Part shown: piece after piece, positions 19,057 through 29,011 of the stretch
Layout of the letters: each line of letters starts with the position of its first letter
Numbering within the stretch: position 1 is the stretch's first letter
DNA from: Myxococcales bacterium
GTDB lineage: Bacteria > Lernaellota > Lernaellaia > Lernaellales > Lernaellaceae
DNA: 64,000 nucleotides
Direction of reading: 5' to 3'
NCBI GenBank assembly: GCA_012517325.1
Contig: JAAYVF010000093.1
Coordinates: forward strand, 39,707 to 103,706
Translations under genes and position numbers: made by a program
Notes under the pieces: model-generated
Seen by the model: only the letters and a program-made list of their open reading frames with translations
Databases searched by the model: none
What the model was told of the DNA's origin: nothing

Positions 19057-20373
19057 ATGACTAGATACACGATTGCCCTGTTGCTGACCACCGGCCTGGT
19101 CTGCGGCCTTGCCGCGGTCGCCTTCGCGGTCAATACCTCGAACGATCCTTGGAATCAGCAGGATTCCGACATGTCGGACCTGGATCTGCTCGAATTGCTG
19201 CGGCTCCACGGCGTTATCAACGAGGAACAATACCAGGACCTGATCAAAATCTACGGCAAGCGAACCTATTACCACCTGCGTCCGACCGGTTCGCTGCTCG
19301 TGGGTTACACGCCTTACAACCAGATGAAAGCCGACGAGACGATCGAATATCCCGGCTCGCCCGCCGATGACCGCAATTTCCGCCTGCGCAAGCTGTCGCT
19401 CGGCATGGCCGGCAGCGCTTATTACGATTGGCTCAGCTTCAAGGCGACGGGCGAGGTGTCGGCTAACGACGAAGGCAAATACACCTTCGGACCGGAGGAG
19501 GCGTACGTCCGTTTCCGCTATCTGCCCGAGCAATTGCGCGGCAGTTTGTTCGAACCGGCGCAAGGCATGACCGTCGGCGCGATGAAAATCCCGTTCTCGC
19601 GGCAGAACCTGGTTTCGACGCCGCAGTTGCAGTTCATCAATCGGGCGGTGGCCATTGAGGAAATGCCGATTCACTACGATCTCGGCGCGACGGTCGACCT
19701 GGACTACAACCTCTTTTTCGATTGGGCCCGCCTCCTGCTCAACGCCGGCGCGTTCAACGGGCGCGGCGACCGCGTTTACGCGGCCGACAACAACGACAAC
19801 CTGCTGTATGCCGGTCGCCTGCGGATCGACCTGTTCAGCCCGCTGCGACCGGGCGAGGGCGATTTGCGGCCGCGGTTCTATCCAAACGAGACCGTCGCCA
19901 AGACGCCGGAATTCGATCGCCCGGCGTTGTCGCTCGGCGGTTCGCTGCTGCAGAACAACGACGTGGACAAGGTCGTCAAAGCCTGGGGCGCCGACGCGGA
20001 ATTCCGCTGGTACGGCGTTTCGATCAGTGCCGAGGCGATCGCCACGAAATATGAGCTGGCGCTCGACGACGCCGAAACGGCCAATCAGTACGCCGAGGAT
20101 TGGAGCACCTTCGGCTGGTACGTGCAGGGCGGCGCCTTCGTCTGGCCGCGCATCCTGGAAGTGACGGCGCGTTACGACGAATACACCCTGGACCTCGTCG
20201 ACGAAACTCTGCCCGAACGCAAATTGGCCGCCACGACCTTTGGCCTCAACGCGCATCTGGCGAGCAAACACGCCCTCAAGCTGATGGCCAATTACATCTG
20301 GCGCGCCGAACTCAAGGGCCTGCCGGAAATGGACAACGACACGTTCACGGTGCAGGCCGGGTTCGCTTTCTGA
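19057..20373 (+). CDS. Outer-membrane beta-barrel porin-like protein (possibly phosphate-selective OprO/P-like)
   Basis: Signal peptide, alternating amphipathic strands, C-terminal ...FTVQAGFAF aromatic terminal motif typical of OM beta-barrels. Confidence 0.5.
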   Translation: MTRYTIALLLTTGLVCGLAAVAFAVNTSNDPWNQQDSDMSDLDLLELLRLHGVINEEQYQDLIKIYGKRTYYHLRPTGSLLVGYTPYNQMKADETIEYPGSPADDRNFRLRKLSLGMAGSAYYDWLSFKATGEVSANDEGKYTFGPEEAYVRFRYLPEQLRGSLFEPAQGMTVGAMKIPFSRQNLVSTPQLQFINRAVAIEEMPIHYDLGATVDLDYNLFFDWARLLLNAGAFNGRGDRVYAADNNDNLLYAGRLRIDLFSPLRPGEGDLRPRFYPNETVAKTPEFDRPALSLGGSLLQNNDVDKVVKAWGADAEFRWYGVSISAEAIATKYELALDDAETANQYAEDWSTFGWYVQGGAFVWPRILEVTARYDEYTLDLVDETLPERKLAATTFGLNAHLASKHALKLMANYIWRAELKGLPEMDNDTFTVQAGFAF

Positions 20374-20411
20374 GCACGAAGTCGCCTCGGCGCGACGGAA
20401 TGGAGGAATCA

Positions 20412-23400
20412 ATGATCGGCGGAAAATGGCTCCGGCTGCTGCTGGCGATGTTGCTGCTGTCCCTGGCGGCATGCGAACAAGCCGAGGAATTCAAGCAAGC
20501 GCGCGCCTACGTGGTCGATGACCGCGCCGAGTTGATCGGCGGGCCGAAGGCCGTCGGCACCAAGGGCGACGTGGTGATCGAAAACGATCAAATCCGCCTG
20601 TTGATCAACGCCCACGGCACCGATCCGAACATCACCAAATACGGCGGTTCGTTGGTCGACGCCGATATTCAGCGGCTGGAAAATTATTTCACGCCGGCTC
20701 GCGGCGGGCACGATCGCTTCGTGGAATTGATCTCGGTTTTCGACCTCAAGACCTTCGGCATCGAACGGGCTCCCGGCTCGGGGCCCGTGGCGCGCGCCGC
20801 CCAGAACGCGGTGGAGATTCTCCGCGACGGTTCGGACGGTGGCGATGCGGTCGTCAAGGTTTCGGGCGTCCTGACCAACATTCTGGAAATCTTCCGCCTC
20901 ATTCCCGTGCCGCTCAATTCGCTGCCGGTGAAGGCGGAAACGATTTACCGGCTGAAGCCGGGCAAAAAGTATGTGGAAATCACCACGACCTATCGCCTGC
21001 TAAACAAGGACGGCAGTGTGCCGGACGCCTGGACCGAGATTCCGTTGCGGGCGATCGAACCGGATGACAACGTGGTGACGGGAATCGTCACCGCCGACCA
21101 GTTCGGCGACGCGGTGTTCTTCGGGGATTCGCTCAGCCTCTTCGGGCCCGGGGTGTTCGGCTTCGGTTCCGAATGGTACCTGGCCGATCAGGTCGAACAG
21201 GGCGAATCGTCGCTGTCCGATCCGCCGACCGTCGAGTGGATCGCCGGCGTCGGCGACGACATCGGTTACGCGCTGGTCGCCGACGACGGCCCGATCGTTT
21301 TCCCGCTGATGGAAAGCTTCCTCACCATCGGTTTCCAGAAAACCACCGGCGAGGACCACCTGTTGCCCGCGCCCGGCAGCACATACACCTATCGCCGTTA
21401 TTTCATTGTGGACGAAGGCGATCTGGGCGGCATGCTCGATCAGGTGATCGAATTGAAAAACTGGCCGTCCGGACGAATCGCCGGACACGTGATCGACGGC
21501 ACGACCGGCGACGCCGTCAGCCAGGCCAAGGTGTTGGTTTTTCCCTGGCCGCGCCTGACCGCCATGGGCGAACGCGTGCCACTGAAAGAATCCTACGAGG
21601 AAATGAACGCCTACCTCGCCGGCCTGGACGCTGGGAAGGCGACGGCGCGCCGGTTGATCCCTTACAGCCGCTTCACGACCGACGGCAAACGCACCGACCA
21701 GTTGGCCGACGGCAGTTTCGGCGGCCGGTTGCCGGTGCGCGCCGACGAAAAAAGTGAAGACTACCTGCTCATGGCCGTCGGTCCGGGCCGGACGCGTAGT
21801 GCCCTGACGCCCGTGCACCTGGAAGCGAACGAGGCCAAGCGGATTTTATTGGCGCTGCCGGCGACCGGTCAGGTCCGTTTCCGGGTGCGCAGTTTGGCGC
21901 AAACCGGTCCGGAAGAACCGGTCAAGGTGATCGTGCGCGGCGAGAACGGCGAAGCGATTCCCGATCCGTACCTGGGCGAGGGTTTTCTGCCCGGTTCGGA
22001 GGCGTACGTTTTGATGACCGTGGACGGCACGGGCGAGGTGACGCTGCCGGCCGGTACTTATCATTTCATCGCCGGTCGCGGGCCGGAATACACGGTCGAC
22101 GAACAGCGGGTCGTCGTCGAGCCCCTGACGGCGAAGACGATTGAGTTGACCATCGACCGCGTGCTTGACACCGGTGGCTGGGTGGCCACCGATTTTCACC
22201 AGCACACCGAACTGAGCCCGGACTCCGGCGTTTCCAATTCGGACCGGGTGTTGGCGGGACTGGTCGAGGGATTGGATATCATCGCGGGTACCGATCACGA
22301 CTTCGTTTCGAACTACCGGCCGGCCTTGGAAAAGCTGGGCGGGATCGACCGGATGCAGGTGATGTCGGGAGACGAGTTGTCGCACCTCAGTTACGGCCAC
22401 TTCTGCTCGTACCCGCTGAAGTACGACCAGACTCAGGTCGCCAACGGCGCGCCGAACTGGCGGCAGCCGAGCCCGACCGCCAAGGCGGCGGACGGTTCGG
22501 CCATTTCGTTGTGGACGCCGCAGGATTGCTTCGACGGCCTGCGCGCGACGGGCGACCGGAGTGTCGTCGATCAGCCGCCGATCGTCATCGCCAACCACAT
22601 GCGCGAGTCGATCACCGGCTATTTCCGCGCCTTTGGCTGGCGGCAGTACAGCGGCGATTTCGGTTCGCCCGATTTTCTGACGATCGGCGATCCGGTGGTG
22701 CACAACGGTCAACTGTTCACCAAGGATGCCTCGGCCAATTTCTCCTGGGACTTCGACGGCGTGGAGGTGCTCAACAGCAAACGGCTCAACCAGTTCCGCA
22801 CGGCGACGGTCGAGGAAATCACCGAATCGCAGTTCGGCCAGCCCATTCCGCCCGACTCGCCGCTGCTGCCGATTCTGATCCGCACCGCCGACGAGCAACT
22901 GCGCATCGAAACGGGCGATCTGTTGCTCGATGACTCCAACATGGGCATGCTCGACGACTACCTGACGCTGTTGGCCCAGGGCCGGCGCTACGTGGCGGTG
23001 GGCGATTCCGACAGCCACAACCCCCGCAAAAACGAAACCGGCAAGGCGAGGACTTATATCATGACCGACGAGGACGAGCCGGCTTTCGTCGACCTGGACG
23101 AAATGATGACCAACCTGAAGGCCGGGCGAGCGATCGCCACGACGGGCCCGTTCCTCGAATTCTGGGTTGACGGGTATCCCATCGGCGCAGACGTTTACGC
23201 GCCCGGCGGCGAGGTCGAGGTGCGCATTCGCGCCCAGGCGCCGCCCTGGATGTCGTTTGATCGAATCGAAATCTACGGCAACGGCCTGCTGATCGGCGAA
23301 ATCGGCGCCGATGCCGGCGATGAGTATCTCGGCTGTGACACGGCGGGCGCGACGATCGCCGGTCGCGGGCGGATCACCCGCTTCGACGGCACGGTCGCTT

Positions 23401-23894
23401 GCCGAATCGAACAGGATACCAACCTCGTCGTGGTGGGCATCGGCTACGAGGGCATGACGCCGATCAGTCAGCCGATCGAGTGGCCGGCTTTCGAACTGAC
23501 CGACAACCTCATCGCCGGCATCAACAAGATGACCGGCGATTGGCTGGGCATCGGCAACCTCATTCCGCTCGACAGTTCGGTGCAACGCAACTTCGACGTC
23601 TATCCGCTCGTCGTGGCCAACGCGATCTGGATCGACACCGACGGGTACGACGTCGACGGCGACGGGTACCCCTACGACGGGCCCGGCTACATTCCCGGCT
23701 GGTTCGAGGAAAAAGACGTGCCGGCCGACGTCCTGGATACCCTCGGAGAGCGGCAACAAGCCCTGGTGGCCGCGGCGGTGAACCGCGCCTGGTCGCTGAC
23801 CTCCCGGGATCAACAACCGACGACCAGTGAACCCTCCTCCTCGGAAGAGGACGACGACCTCGAACCCGGCGGCTGCGGAGCGCCGTCCTGGTAA
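20412..23894 (+). CDS. Large lipoprotein with a PHP/CehA-McbA-like metal-dependent phosphoesterase domain
   Basis: MIGGKWLRLLLAMLLLSLAAC lipobox (GGAGG 5 nt upstream). PHP-type motifs DFHQHTELSPDS, IAGTDHDF, AVGDSDSHN. Also a CarboxypepD_reg-like segment (GHVIDGTTGDAVSQAKVLVF). Confidence 0.55.
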   Translation: MIGGKWLRLLLAMLLLSLAACEQAEEFKQARAYVVDDRAELIGGPKAVGTKGDVVIENDQIRLLINAHGTDPNITKYGGSLVDADIQRLENYFTPARGGHDRFVELISVFDLKTFGIERAPGSGPVARAAQNAVEILRDGSDGGDAVVKVSGVLTNILEIFRLIPVPLNSLPVKAETIYRLKPGKKYVEITTTYRLLNKDGSVPDAWTEIPLRAIEPDDNVVTGIVTADQFGDAVFFGDSLSLFGPGVFGFGSEWYLADQVEQGESSLSDPPTVEWIAGVGDDIGYALVADDGPIVFPLMESFLTIGFQKTTGEDHLLPAPGSTYTYRRYFIVDEGDLGGMLDQVIELKNWPSGRIAGHVIDGTTGDAVSQAKVLVFPWPRLTAMGERVPLKESYEEMNAYLAGLDAGKATARRLIPYSRFTTDGKRTDQLADGSFGGRLPVRADEKSEDYLLMAVGPGRTRSALTPVHLEANEAKRILLALPATGQVRFRVRSLAQTGPEEPVKVIVRGENGEAIPDPYLGEGFLPGSEAYVLMTVDGTGEVTLPAGTYHFIAGRGPEYTVDEQRVVVEPLTAKTIELTIDRVLDTGGWVATDFHQHTELSPDSGVSNSDRVLAGLVEGLDIIAGTDHDFVSNYRPALEKLGGIDRMQVMSGDELSHLSYGHFCSYPLKYDQTQVANGAPNWRQPSPTAKAADGSAISLWTPQDCFDGLRATGDRSVVDQPPIVIANHMRESITGYFRAFGWRQYSGDFGSPDFLTIGDPVVHNGQLFTKDASANFSWDFDGVEVLNSKRLNQFRTATVEEITESQFGQPIPPDSPLLPILIRTADEQLRIETGDLLLDDSNMGMLDDYLTLLAQGRRYVAVGDSDSHNPRKNETGKARTYIMTDEDEPAFVDLDEMMTNLKAGRAIATTGPFLEFWVDGYPIGADVYAPGGEVEVRIRAQAPPWMSFDRIEIYGNGLLIGEIGADAGDEYLGCDTAGATIAGRGRITRFDGTVACRIEQDTNLVVVGIGYEGMTPISQPIEWPAFELTDNLIAGINKMTGDWLGIGNLIPLDSSVQRNFDVYPLVVANAIWIDTDGYDVDGDGYPYDGPGYIPGWFEEKDVPADVLDTLGERQQALVAAAVNRAWSLTSRDQQPTTSEPSSSEEDDDLEPGGCGAPSW

Positions 23895-23918
23895 GTAGAC
23901 CCCCTTTGGATTTTCTTT

Positions 23919-23945
23919 CGCGCCCGATTTTTCGGGCGCTATTTT
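23919..23945 (+). terminator. Rho-independent terminator
   Basis: GCGCCCG-attttt-CGGGCGC stem followed by TATTTTTA. Confidence 0.7.
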
Positions 23946-24036
23946 TATCGGCCGCCTCACGGTTCGCGGGCGTTTCTTCGCTTGTTCCGTTCCGGCCCAT
24001 TGCGTAGGATAGAGGCTCACGAAAACGGAGCCTGGA

Positions 24037-25068
24037 TTGTTGAACGCGCCGCGGCGGATCCTGATCGTCAAATTGGGGGCGGTGGGCGATTGCCTGCACA
24101 CCCTGATCGCCGTGCGCGAACTGCGCCGCCGACTGCCCGAAGTCCGGATCGGCTGGGTCGTTGAAACCAAGAGCCGCGAAGTGGTGGCCGGGCATCCGGC
24201 GATCGATCACCTTCACGTCTGGGACCGGAAACGGACCGTCGCCGAGTGGAAACAGGGGAATTATCGCGCCGGTTGGCGAATCCTGTCGGCCGTCTGGGAG
24301 GAAATCCGCGCCGTCGGCTACGACACGGCGATCGATTTTCAGAATCTCTTCAAATCGGGCCTGTTCGCCTGGCAGTCCGGCGCGCCGACGCGCCTCGGTT
24401 TTCGGCGCTGCCGCGAGGCGAATTACCTGTTCACCAATCAGTGGATCCGGCCGCGGCCCGAGCAGCCGCACATGGTGCGGCGCTACCTGTCGCTGCTGGA
24501 ACCGCTGGGCGTGACCGTTGCGGACGATCCGCCGGCCGAGCCGATCGTCGTCCCCTCCGAGAAAATGAAAACGGCCGATGAATTTTTCGCCACCCGCGTG
24601 CCCGCCGGCAAGACGGTGGTCGCGTTCAATCCGGCCGCGAGCCTGCCCCGGAAGCTCTGGCCGACGGAGCGTTTCGCCGAGGTCGCCGACCGGTTGGCGG
24701 AAAGTTTCGGCGTGTTGCCGCTTCTAATCTGGGGGCCGGGCGAGGAACCGTTGGTCGAGGCGATGCGTGGCCGGATGAAACGCGAGGCGCTCGTCGCGCC
24801 GCCGACCGGCATCCAGGAACTGGCGCATTTGCTCGGCAAGTGCGCGCTGTACGTCGGCAACGATTCCGGGCCGATGCACCTGGCGGCGGCGATGGGCGCG
24901 GCGGTGGTCGGCCTGTTCGGGCCGACCGATCCGCGCCGCGTGGCGCCCTGGACGGCGCGCCGCCAGGCGGTGGAACCGTTCGAACTCTTCCACAAACACC
25001 GCCGGCTCGACGGCATCACCACCGACCAGGTCTACCGCGCCGCGGCGGCGCTGTTGGAGCGACGCTGA
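24037..25068 (+). CDS. ADP-heptose:LPS heptosyltransferase (GT9 family), second copy
   Basis: RILIVKLGAVGDCLHTLIAV...YVGNDSGPMHLAAAMG GT9 motifs. TTG start. Confidence 0.8.
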   Translation: MLNAPRRILIVKLGAVGDCLHTLIAVRELRRRLPEVRIGWVVETKSREVVAGHPAIDHLHVWDRKRTVAEWKQGNYRAGWRILSAVWEEIRAVGYDTAIDFQNLFKSGLFAWQSGAPTRLGFRRCREANYLFTNQWIRPRPEQPHMVRRYLSLLEPLGVTVADDPPAEPIVVPSEKMKTADEFFATRVPAGKTVVAFNPAASLPRKLWPTERFAEVADRLAESFGVLPLLIWGPGEEPLVEAMRGRMKREALVAPPTGIQELAHLLGKCALYVGNDSGPMHLAAAMGAAVVGLFGPTDPRRVAPWTARRQAVEPFELFHKHRRLDGITTDQVYRAAAALLERR

Positions 25069-26186
25069 TGCATCTGCTGGTGCTGTTCGCGCAACATCAC
25101 TGGACCGGGCCGGCCGAGCCGGTGTTGCAAATCGCGCGGGGCTTGCGCGAACGGGGCCACCGGATCACCTGGATCTACACGCGCGTTCCGCCGGGCCACC
25201 TGGCGCCGCGGATCGCCGAAGCCGGATTGGGCGAGTTGCCGGAAATCGCGTTTCGCCGCAAGGGCTTTCACCCCGTTTCCTGGTGGCGCGACCGGCGGCG
25301 GTTGCGCCGGTTCATCCGCGAACAGCGGGTAGATCTGGTTTTTTGCCATCACAGCCACGACCACTGGTTCGGCCGCGAAATCCTGCGCGGCTTGGCTGAT
25401 CCGCCCGTGCTGGTGCGCCAGATTCACGAAAGCCGCCAATTGCGGCCGCAAGCCGCGTATCGCTTTCTTTACCGGCGCACCGACGCGCTAATCGTCGCTT
25501 CCCAGCGTTGGAAGCAGGCGCTGCTGGACCGCTTCGGCATCGACGCATCGCGCGTTTTCGTGCTGCCGCCCGCCGTCGACACCGCTCGCTTCAAGCCGGT
25601 TCCCGAGGCGAGCGCGATTCGCGCCGAAATCGGTGCGGCCTTCGCGCAGCCGTTGATCGGCCTAGTCAGCCGGATCAAAACGGGGCGCGGCCACGAGCTG
25701 GCCTTGGAGGCGTTCGGGCTCGTCAGCCGGGAACATCCTGGCGCGCGATTGCTGTTTGTCGGGCGCGGCGAAGGCCGGGCGGAATTGGAGGAACGGGTGC
25801 GGCAAAGTGCCCTGGCCGAGCGGGTGCATTTTCTCGGGTATCGAAGCGACGATCTGCCGGCGGTTTACGCCGCGCTCAACGTCAGCCTGTTATTGGGCGA
25901 GGGTTCCGACGGCAGTTGCCGGGCCGCGCTCGAGGCGATGGCCTGCGGCACGCCCGTCGTCGCCTTGCCGGTCGGCACGTTGCCCGAATCGCTCATCGAC
26001 GGCGTGACGGGTCGGTTCGTCGAGGGAACCGTCGCTTCCCTGGCAGCCGGCATTCGGGATGTATTGGCGCACCCGGAAATGGGCGAAGCCGCGCGCCGGC
26101 ACGCGGAATCGGCGTTGGCGATTACCCGGCGCGTTGCGCGGGCGGAAGAGATTTTTCTCGAATTGACCGGCATTCGCGGCGTTTAA
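25068..26186 (+). CDS. Family 4 glycosyltransferase (WaaG/RfaG-like LPS core glucosyltransferase family)
   Basis: GT4 EX7E-type region ...EGSDGSCRAALEAMACGTPVVA... The ATG overlaps the upstream stop. Confidence 0.75.
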   Translation: MHLLVLFAQHHWTGPAEPVLQIARGLRERGHRITWIYTRVPPGHLAPRIAEAGLGELPEIAFRRKGFHPVSWWRDRRRLRRFIREQRVDLVFCHHSHDHWFGREILRGLADPPVLVRQIHESRQLRPQAAYRFLYRRTDALIVASQRWKQALLDRFGIDASRVFVLPPAVDTARFKPVPEASAIRAEIGAAFAQPLIGLVSRIKTGRGHELALEAFGLVSREHPGARLLFVGRGEGRAELEERVRQSALAERVHFLGYRSDDLPAVYAALNVSLLLGEGSDGSCRAALEAMACGTPVVALPVGTLPESLIDGVTGRFVEGTVASLAAGIRDVLAHPEMGEAARRHAESALAITRRVARAEEIFLELTGIRGV

Positions 26187-26202
26187 GGCCGGACGGAGGA
26201 GA

Positions 26203-27459
26203 ATGGACAACTCGTCGCCCAATCTGCGGCGGATCGACCGCGTCATCCGCGGCGCTTTTTACACCCTGGCGCTGTGCCTGCCGTTTTCGATTACCGGCGC
26301 CGAAGGCGCACTGGTGCTGCTGACGGCAGCCTTGATCGCCCGCGCGGTGGTCACGCGACGGTGGCGGCCCCGGTTCGGCGCCCCGGAATGGCTGTTGCTG
26401 GCGTTTCTCGGCTGGGTGGCGCTCGCGGCGCCGCTCTCATCTAGGCCGGATTTGGCCGTCGCCCGCCTGCCACGCTATTGGATCTGGCTGACCTACTTCG
26501 TCACGGCGGCGGCGATTCGCGACCGGGAAACCGCCCGGCGCGGGACGATCCTCCTGATGCTGACCGCCGGCGCGGTGGCCATTTACGGAATCGCCCAGCA
26601 CGTTTTCGGCAACGCCGTGCCGCGTTTCCTCATGCCGCCGGTGGATCTCTGGCAAAAAACCGGCGGCTATTATCATGCCGTCGGTTTTTTCGATCACCAC
26701 CTGACCTACGGCAATAGTTTGGCGGTGATTTTGATGGTCGGTCTGGGCGCGGTGCTGGCCGAGCGGGGGCGTCGCCGATTGATTCTCGCCGCGGCGCTGG
26801 CGCTGGGTTTGCCGGCGCTGTTGTGGAGTTATGCCCGTAGCGCCTGGGTAGGTCTACTGGCGGGTTTGCTCGCGTTCGGGGCGCTCCTGGGCAAACGGGT
26901 CATGGCCCTGGTGGTGATCGGCGCGTTGCTGGTCGGCTTCGCGGCGCAACAACTAAGCCCGACGCTCGCCGACCGTCTGCGTCGTTCGGTGCAATCGGAA
27001 AGCAACCTCGAACGGATTTACACCTGGAAGACGACCCTGCAGATGATCCGCGATCATCCCGTGTTCGGCATCGGCTCGGGCGCCTACCGCGAGCTGGCCG
27101 ACGAATACCGACGCGATTACAACATCCATTGGACGGCGAAGAGCCACGCGCACAATAGTTATCTGCAATATGCGGCCGAATCCGGCGTTTTGGCCGGACT
27201 GCTGTTCGCCGCTTTTCTGGTCGCCCTGATTGCGCTCGGCGCCGCGAGGTTTTATGAATTAAAAGACCGCGCGGACACCGGCTACCGCTTGGCCGCGGCG
27301 ACGGCGGGCGTCATCGGTTTCGCCGCCGCCAGTCTGTTGCAGCACAATGCCGGCGACGCGGAAGTGGCGATGCTCTTCCAATTCGTGGCGGCCTTGCTCA
27401 TTTTTTACGTTCGGGACGGCCGGGATGCCGCTTCCGGACGGGATGCGGGTACCAAATGA
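26203..27459 (+). CDS. waaL: O-antigen ligase family (Wzy_C domain) polytopic membrane protein
   Basis: At least 10 predicted TM helices. Periplasmic loop motif HAHNSYLQYAAESGVLAGLLF is typical of WaaL/Wzy_C. Confidence 0.7.
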   Translation: MDNSSPNLRRIDRVIRGAFYTLALCLPFSITGAEGALVLLTAALIARAVVTRRWRPRFGAPEWLLLAFLGWVALAAPLSSRPDLAVARLPRYWIWLTYFVTAAAIRDRETARRGTILLMLTAGAVAIYGIAQHVFGNAVPRFLMPPVDLWQKTGGYYHAVGFFDHHLTYGNSLAVILMVGLGAVLAERGRRRLILAAALALGLPALLWSYARSAWVGLLAGLLAFGALLGKRVMALVVIGALLVGFAAQQLSPTLADRLRRSVQSESNLERIYTWKTTLQMIRDHPVFGIGSGAYRELADEYRRDYNIHWTAKSHAHNSYLQYAAESGVLAGLLFAAFLVALIALGAARFYELKDRADTGYRLAAATAGVIGFAAASLLQHNAGDAEVAMLFQFVAALLIFYVRDGRDAASGRDAGTK

Positions 27460-28463
27460 CGTTAACCGAACGAAAAAAACAATTGTCGGCGATCCTGAAC
27501 CGATTCAAGCAGGCCCGGGTGCTGGTGGTCGGCGATGTGATGGCCGACCATTACGTCTGGGGCGAGGTCGAGCGTATCAGCCCCGAGGCGCCGGTACCGG
27601 TGGTGCGTGTCCGGCGCGAGGAAATCCTGCTCGGCGGCGCGGCCAACGTGGCCAACAACCTACGGGCCCTGGGCGCGCGGGTCGCGCTGGCCGGGGTGAT
27701 CGGCGACGACGCCATCGGCAACCATCTGCGCACCATGCTACAGGGCAACGCCATCGACACCGCCGCGCTGGCGGCCGACGGCAAGCGGCCGACCATCATC
27801 AAAACCCGGGTCGTCGCGCAAAACCAGCAGGTGGTGCGCGTAGACTGGGAAAACGCCGACGCGCTCACCGCCGACCAGCGCCGGCGACTGCTCGACGCCA
27901 TCGCGGCCCGCCTGCCGGAGTTGGATGCGATCATCGTCAGCGACTACGCCAAGGGCGTGATCGACAAGGGGCTGCTCGACGGCCTGCGGCTCTTGCACCG
28001 CCGGCGGGGAATTCCGGTCGTCATCGATCCGAAAATCCGCAATATGGCGTTTTACCGTGGCTTCACCTGTATGACGCCCAACCACCATGAGGCCGGCCAG
28101 GCCCTGGGCGTCAAAATCGAAAACACTCCGGCGGGCATCCACGCGGGGGGCCGCCGCTTGCGCCGGAAGTTGAAGCTCGACAGCCTGGTGATCACGCGCG
28201 GCGAGGGTGGCATGAGCCTGTTCTTCGGCGACGACGAGGTCGTCGATATCCCCACGGTGGCGCGCGAGGTCTACGACGTGACCGGCGCGGGCGATACGGT
28301 CATCGCGGCGCTGACCTGCGGTCTGGCGGTGGGCGCCAGCCTGCACGACGCGGCGCTGATCGCCAACTTCGCCGCCGGCTTGGTGATCGCCGAGGTCGGC
28401 ACCGCGCGCGCGGAAGCGCCGGCGGTCCAGGCGGCGATCCGGCAAGCCAAGGCGCTGTCATGA
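27456..28463 (+). CDS. Second RfaE-domain-I-like PfkB-family sugar kinase (heptose-7-phosphate kinase paralog)
   Basis: VLVVGDVMADHYVWGEVERISPEAPVPV...GGAANVANN...DVTGAGDTV parallels the hldA product motif for motif. Confidence 0.7.
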   Translation: MTLTERKKQLSAILNRFKQARVLVVGDVMADHYVWGEVERISPEAPVPVVRVRREEILLGGAANVANNLRALGARVALAGVIGDDAIGNHLRTMLQGNAIDTAALAADGKRPTIIKTRVVAQNQQVVRVDWENADALTADQRRRLLDAIAARLPELDAIIVSDYAKGVIDKGLLDGLRLLHRRRGIPVVIDPKIRNMAFYRGFTCMTPNHHEAGQALGVKIENTPAGIHAGGRRLRRKLKLDSLVITRGEGGMSLFFGDDEVVDIPTVAREVYDVTGAGDTVIAALTCGLAVGASLHDAALIANFAAGLVIAEVGTARAEAPAVQAAIRQAKALS

Positions 28464-29011
28464 GCCAACCCCGACCGGCGCCGCCGGTTCTGCTGGTGAT
28501 CGGCCTGCTGCGCGATCCGGAATTGCCGCTCGAACCCGTGGCGGAAGCGATCGGCGCGGCGTTCGGGCCGATCGCCGACCTCAGCGCGCCGCTTGCTTTC
28601 GAGCATACGGCCTATTACGAGCCGGAAATGGGGCCGGGACTGCTTCGTCAATTCGCGGCGCTGGCCGAGTTGGTCGATCCCGGCCGGCTGGCGGACATCA
28701 AGTGGCAAACGAACGAAATCGAGAGTAAATTCAGCCGGGAGGACGGCCGGCGGCGAATCAACCTGGACCCGGGCTTGCTCGGCTTTGCCAATCTGGTGTT
28801 GGCCACCGGCAAGGGTTACACTCATCGTCCCTATTTAGGCAACGGCATTTATGCCGATTTGACGTTGATTTGGCAGCACGGCGCCTGGGTCGAACTGCCG
28901 TGGACGTATCCGGATTACCGGAGCGAACCGGTCAAGGCGATCCTCACCGGCTATCGGGAATTCTACCGCGAAAAGGCGGGGCCGGCGCGGTCACGAGAGG
29001 CGGAAACATGA
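28460..29011 (+). CDS. Conserved hypothetical protein (DUF4416-like; family assignment from memory, unverified)
   Basis: 183 aa, no TM segment, ATGA-coupled between the kinase and yicC. Confidence 0.4.
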   Translation: MSQPRPAPPVLLVIGLLRDPELPLEPVAEAIGAAFGPIADLSAPLAFEHTAYYEPEMGPGLLRQFAALAELVDPGRLADIKWQTNEIESKFSREDGRRRINLDPGLLGFANLVLATGKGYTHRPYLGNGIYADLTLIWQHGAWVELPWTYPDYRSEPVKAILTGYREFYREKAGPARSREAET

